A stretch of DNA of 63,793 bases, filler included, from Lenisia limosa (lineage: Eukaryota > Protista > Breviatea), in NCBI GenBank assembly GCA_001655205.1. It is 11 parts of 11 records of this genome, joined end to end, with 100 filler letters (N's around TTAATTAATTAA, not from the genome) between each part and the next. Parts side by side here need not be neighbours in the genome. Positions count along the whole stretch, not along the records: positions 59,422 to 62,243 come from LPNZ01006133.1; positions 62,344 to 63,793 come from LPNZ01004953.1; 9 more parts are not named here. One strand, 5' to 3'. The position numbers were made by a program, and so were the translations under genes. This document shows positions 59,694 through 63,793 of this stretch, in pieces. Positions within the stretch are counted from its first letter, which is position 1, and the number at the start of each line of letters is the position of its first letter. The notes below the pieces were generated by a model. The model had not been told where the DNA came from. It worked only from the letters and a program-made list of their open reading frames with translations, and searched no databases.

Positions 59694-60856
59694 ACTTTTT
59701 TTAGTTTTTTTTTTGGTTTTTTTTTCGTTTATTGTTTTTTTTCTTTTTGTTTTTTCAATTCTAACTTGTATAGGGCAGCCACCACGTCCCTCTGGCTCAG
59801 CAAGGAGAGTTGGTATGCTGAAGGGATGGATGCCAATTTGAGAATAAGTTTATACATCAAAATGAAAGATATTCGAGAGAGGGATTATTGATATGATATA
59901 GTTTTTATGTACTGTACTGTATAACTTAGAAACAGCCACCGACTTTTGTTGTTCGCTTGATACATTACTCATTTCTACCCATTAACACTAATAGTAGGGT
60001 CACGGCAATGTGGCTGTGGGCATACATTTGAGTCTTACGCCCGATTCTGTGCCATTTGTGGGTCTCGAAGGACTTAGTGTATGTTTTGTTCCATTCTATT
60101 AGGTTTCTAAATATTGTTAGTTATATTTATGTATGATATCTTGCTTGATTCAAGTGAATTGTAAGCTACAACGAAATACAATTATAGGTATTTATATTAC
60201 CTATGTACAAGGAAGACAGGTCTCTCTTAGTTATATGCACCCTTAGAATTGCAACACACTAGGACAAGGACCAGCCTAACTAGCTGGGAGATCGGAATAT
60301 TCAATGTGTACAGAACCTGCAAGAGCATTGTTTTGCAATTTGATTCAATTTCTTGATGAACTTGGCAGATCTGTGACAGATTGGAACTAGGGGCAAAAGA
60401 AAGGAGGATTCGGATAAAGTCAAGATAAAGTTAAGTCGGATAATTTTTTTGTCTCGGATGAAACTATTTAGACGCCAGACTTGGCAGCTATATCAGACCA
60501 CGCATATTCGACACAAATTCACAAATTCATACGCGTATTTTTTCCCATCAATCACTGCAATCAAGCAATCAAACACCGGATAGTTGTCTGCGGACCAACC
60601 ACGGTGTGCAGAAAATCGGAATCGGAAAAGGAGAAAAAGTCAGCGTCTGCTGCTCTGAATTGGACACTCTTGCAACTCTTGCGTTTTTTTAGTTAGATAT
60701 AGGCATCAGATAAGTGGTTTGCTCAGTCCTCATCATTTCTTTATTGTGCGTAGGCTTTCGCCTCTAATTCGCGCAACTGATATATAAATGCTTGAATAGT
60801 GTGTTATTGTAATTATATAGTAGTTAAAACCGCTTACTCTGTTTGCCGAATACACA

Positions 60857-61376
60857 ATGGATTACACGCTTCACCCTGTTCCTCTGAGCATTCCTCCGCC
60901 TTCAGCTGATCAGTTTACGGTAGGAATCAGCTTATAATCCATTTTAACTTGGGACCGAAAACGATAGGTCGTAATTGTGTTTTCATTGGTCTTCCATTAA
61001 TTTCTCCTCAGGCGAACCGCTTCAAACGGAAGCGTGTAAAGGTTGCATGTGTTGTCTGCGCAGCCAGAAAGCAAGTCTGTGACGGCCAAAGACCATGTCA
61101 CCGCTGTATCAAACTCGGTGTGGTTCGGCATATTACTGCTAAAGCATGTGAATCAACTACCTTCGTGTTCTTGTTCTTCTCTTACCGTCTTTTTTGCGTT
61201 TAAATAACGTTTTGAGTTCCAGAGCCTTGTTATTCTCTTCTCCTTCTGACTTAACGCCTCCAGCCTGCCCTGAGAAGTGTGTCGACAAGATCCACAAGAA
61301 GCCTAAGACACGAAAGCTGCACGAAAACAGCGCCAACCCCGCTTACCAACAAAACATTGTGTTCCCGTCAAACGGT
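60857..61376 (+). CDS. Zn(II)2Cys6 binuclear-cluster transcription factor (partial, multi-exon)
   Basis: RKRVKVACVVCAARKQVCDGQRPCHRCIKL...CPEKC (C-x2-C-x6-C-x5-C-x2-C-xn-C); the motif is split by an intron. Confidence 0.85.
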
Positions 61377-63793
61377 AGGCAGGCGAGTGGGCGTAGAATT
61401 CCTATGATCAAGGAATGTAGAGTGGAAGGGATGGTTTCCGTGGACTCAGACTGATTTAAATGCTGGTCTACTCTTGAAGCTCAAAGGGAAACTGTTGTTT
61501 TATGCATAAAATAGGGAAATAAGAAACTCCTTTTTTGCAACTATAGCCGTTTTTTATTGGTTCTAAGCGACTGCCGTTTATAAGGGCTTTTCTTGTAGTC
61601 AAAGCAAAAATTTAATTTCCCGCTTTTTCGGNNNNNNNNNNNNNNNNNNNNNNNNNNNNNNNNNNNNNNNNNNNNNNNNNNNNNNNNNNNNNNNNNNNNN
61701 NNNNNNNNNNNNNNNNNNNNNNNNNNNNNNNNNNNNNNNNNNNNNNNNNNNNNNNNNNNGAAAATCGAAACAAGATACTTAGTATTTAATTTTATTTTTA
61801 CATTTCTAAATATTATATTACTACCGTTTTGGTTTTCTTTAAGGATAATGTTGAGTGTGTAGTGTTTCAATAGATTGGCCCCTCTCCCTTATAAATACTC
61901 AGCCCAATCACCTCGGGCCTGTAGGTATTGTAAACTAAGGCTAAATGATTCAGTGCATTAATATCTCTCAAATGGTGTGGACCGTGTATTTCTCATTTCA
62001 ACATATATGCACAGTCATCAAAATCGTTTCATATGTTCTTGAAAATAATTGCATTTCTAATTAGAGTATTACATATTCATCCGTGTCATATCAACATGTC
62101 AATTTAATCTGCCAATTAAACGTGTCAATTTGATGCGGACTTCTTTTTACCCCCGCAGCCCCCAACTTCGATTGTCTCCCACTGGTTGCTGGACTCAATG
62201 TAAGGGGGGGAGGGGGGATTAGTCTGGATTACTAGTACTGCGGNNNNNNNNNNNNNNNNNNNNNNNNNNNNNNNNNNNNNNNNNNNNTTAATTAATTAAN
62301 NNNNNNNNNNNNNNNNNNNNNNNNNNNNNNNNNNNNNNNNNNNTGAAACAAAAAAGCCCAAACTAAATAATATCCCCTCCCCCCAAAATAAAAAATAAAT
62401 AACAATAAATAAATCAATAAAAAAATAATAATAACAAAAAAATTCTGATATTGATAGATAGAATAATAATCATAAAAATAATAATAAACAACAAAAATAA
62501 AAACGACTTGGTGCATTCTCGACGGCGTTAGGAGACCCTTAAAACTTCGAATACACCCGGTAAAGCATTGTGTATCTCTAAAGTGTGTGTGGAACAGGGA
62601 TCATCTCCAAGATGGTGAAAAAGATCCGTGCGTGTAACTAAAGATTACAATCCAAACCAGTTTTTGAGATAGCTGTCTTCTTTAAATGACTTTCACAATA
62701 TTGTGTTTCTTGTGCTAACCATCTAGAAAGAGCAGTTTAATTACTTTTCAGTGAAATGACATTTGGTTTGACTGACACGACGTCTAGTTATATTCAAAAG
62801 TCGAGACAGGGAGTACTTGCGAGAATCCTGAGAGGTATATGCATGTCTCCGTTATGCTCGATCATTAATCTATCTCTGATTCTATTAACAAATATTCTCT
62901 ATTTACAACAGAGTTGGTTTTTATATATTCACTCTAACTTGGTTAATCATATTTAGCCTTGAAGATAGATGGGCATCCATAGCTTCAGTAAAAGAATCCC
63001 AAGATCAGCATCAAATGACGCCTACCAGGAACTTATTCGATAGATTGATAGAGTGGGTGGTTGTATCTTTTGGCATTATCTGCAACCAGCTCATGTCTGT
63101 TGTTATCAAGCGCTATCCGGAGGTTGGAGACTTTTCAAAGAAAATGTACGAATCTTCGGAAGTTCCTGCTGCTGTGTTCCGCCAGATTGTGAGCTTAATA
63201 ACCCTGAGAGATATAATGCTGGCGGAGCCAAGCAAGGTGAGTATTAATGCGCCAAGGTGAAAAAAATAAGTAAAAAACAAAACAAAAAAAACTCAAACGA
63301 AAGAAATAACACCATTCCCCCCCAACCAGCCGGTTCCGGGAGGGGCATTTCTGGTTCTTCTGCTGGTGTCATGGAGGGGTATAGGGACTGGTCTTCATTG
63401 AGAACAACCTGGGGAGTGAAACGAAGGAAATTTCGTTGAAAAATATTGGAGTAAGGGTATTAAAGAATATTTATGAAGAATAGGTTGCTGAGGGGGGGGG
63501 GTAAATTGAAAAACTATGAAAACAAATAAATATCCCAAATTGACGCTGTTGGCTGACAACACAGGAGGGTTAACAACAAAACAAACAAAGTAACAACCCA
63601 TTGTAAAAGAAGAAAGTTGCGTAGAAGAATATTGGCGCGAAGGTATTAAATAACCTTACGAATAACCTGGACCCTCCTAACTTGGAAATCAGTACTGCCT
63701 CCTCCCTGCAGATTGTTGAAGTCGATATTTCCGAGAGCTGCGGTACTGAAGTTCACGTTGATGTCGAAGTTGGCTCCCATCTAAACAAAAGGG

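Noticed and set aside
2560-62299. Recurrent palindrome TTAATTAATTAA as a biological motif
   Set aside because: Always embedded in N runs; it is an assembly spacer with stops in six frames.

Overview
Eukaryotic, intron-rich genomic DNA from a microbial eukaryote. Zn2Cys6, saposin, granulin and gp78-type genes would fit an amoebozoan-like protist, but that is inference only. The window is a pseudo-scaffold: ten N-TTAATTAATTAA-N linkers join contigs, so adjacency across them is unproven. Genes reconstructed by eye from spliced exons: a GCC2/GCC3 Cys-repeat protein, SFT2, CCZ1, SmB, RagC/D, a gp78/AMFR-type E3 ligase, PEX5, TRMO, RPLP0, UTP18, a DUF11-repeat protein, XPC/Rad4, an EAG-like CNBD K+ channel, a CDC48-family AAA ATPase, a saposin-granulin protein, GTF3C5, a Zn2Cys6 factor and tRNA-Ala(AGC). 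The most interesting signals are not in the ORF track. (1) A spliced, apparently non-coding host gene carries one box C/D snoRNA per intron (15.0-15.7 kb), and a further snoRNA candidate lies in an RPLP0 intron. (2) A signal peptide-saposin B-granulin fusion protein. (3) Introns built from at least four dispersed ~75-120 bp element families: one is orientation-biased, carries a hairpin and sits at 3' splice sites (Introner-like), and two are MITEs. (4) Introns with G-run 5' ends and C-run 3' ends, and repeated micro-duplications of splice sites. Gene spans are approximate and exon structures were not validated with RNA data.
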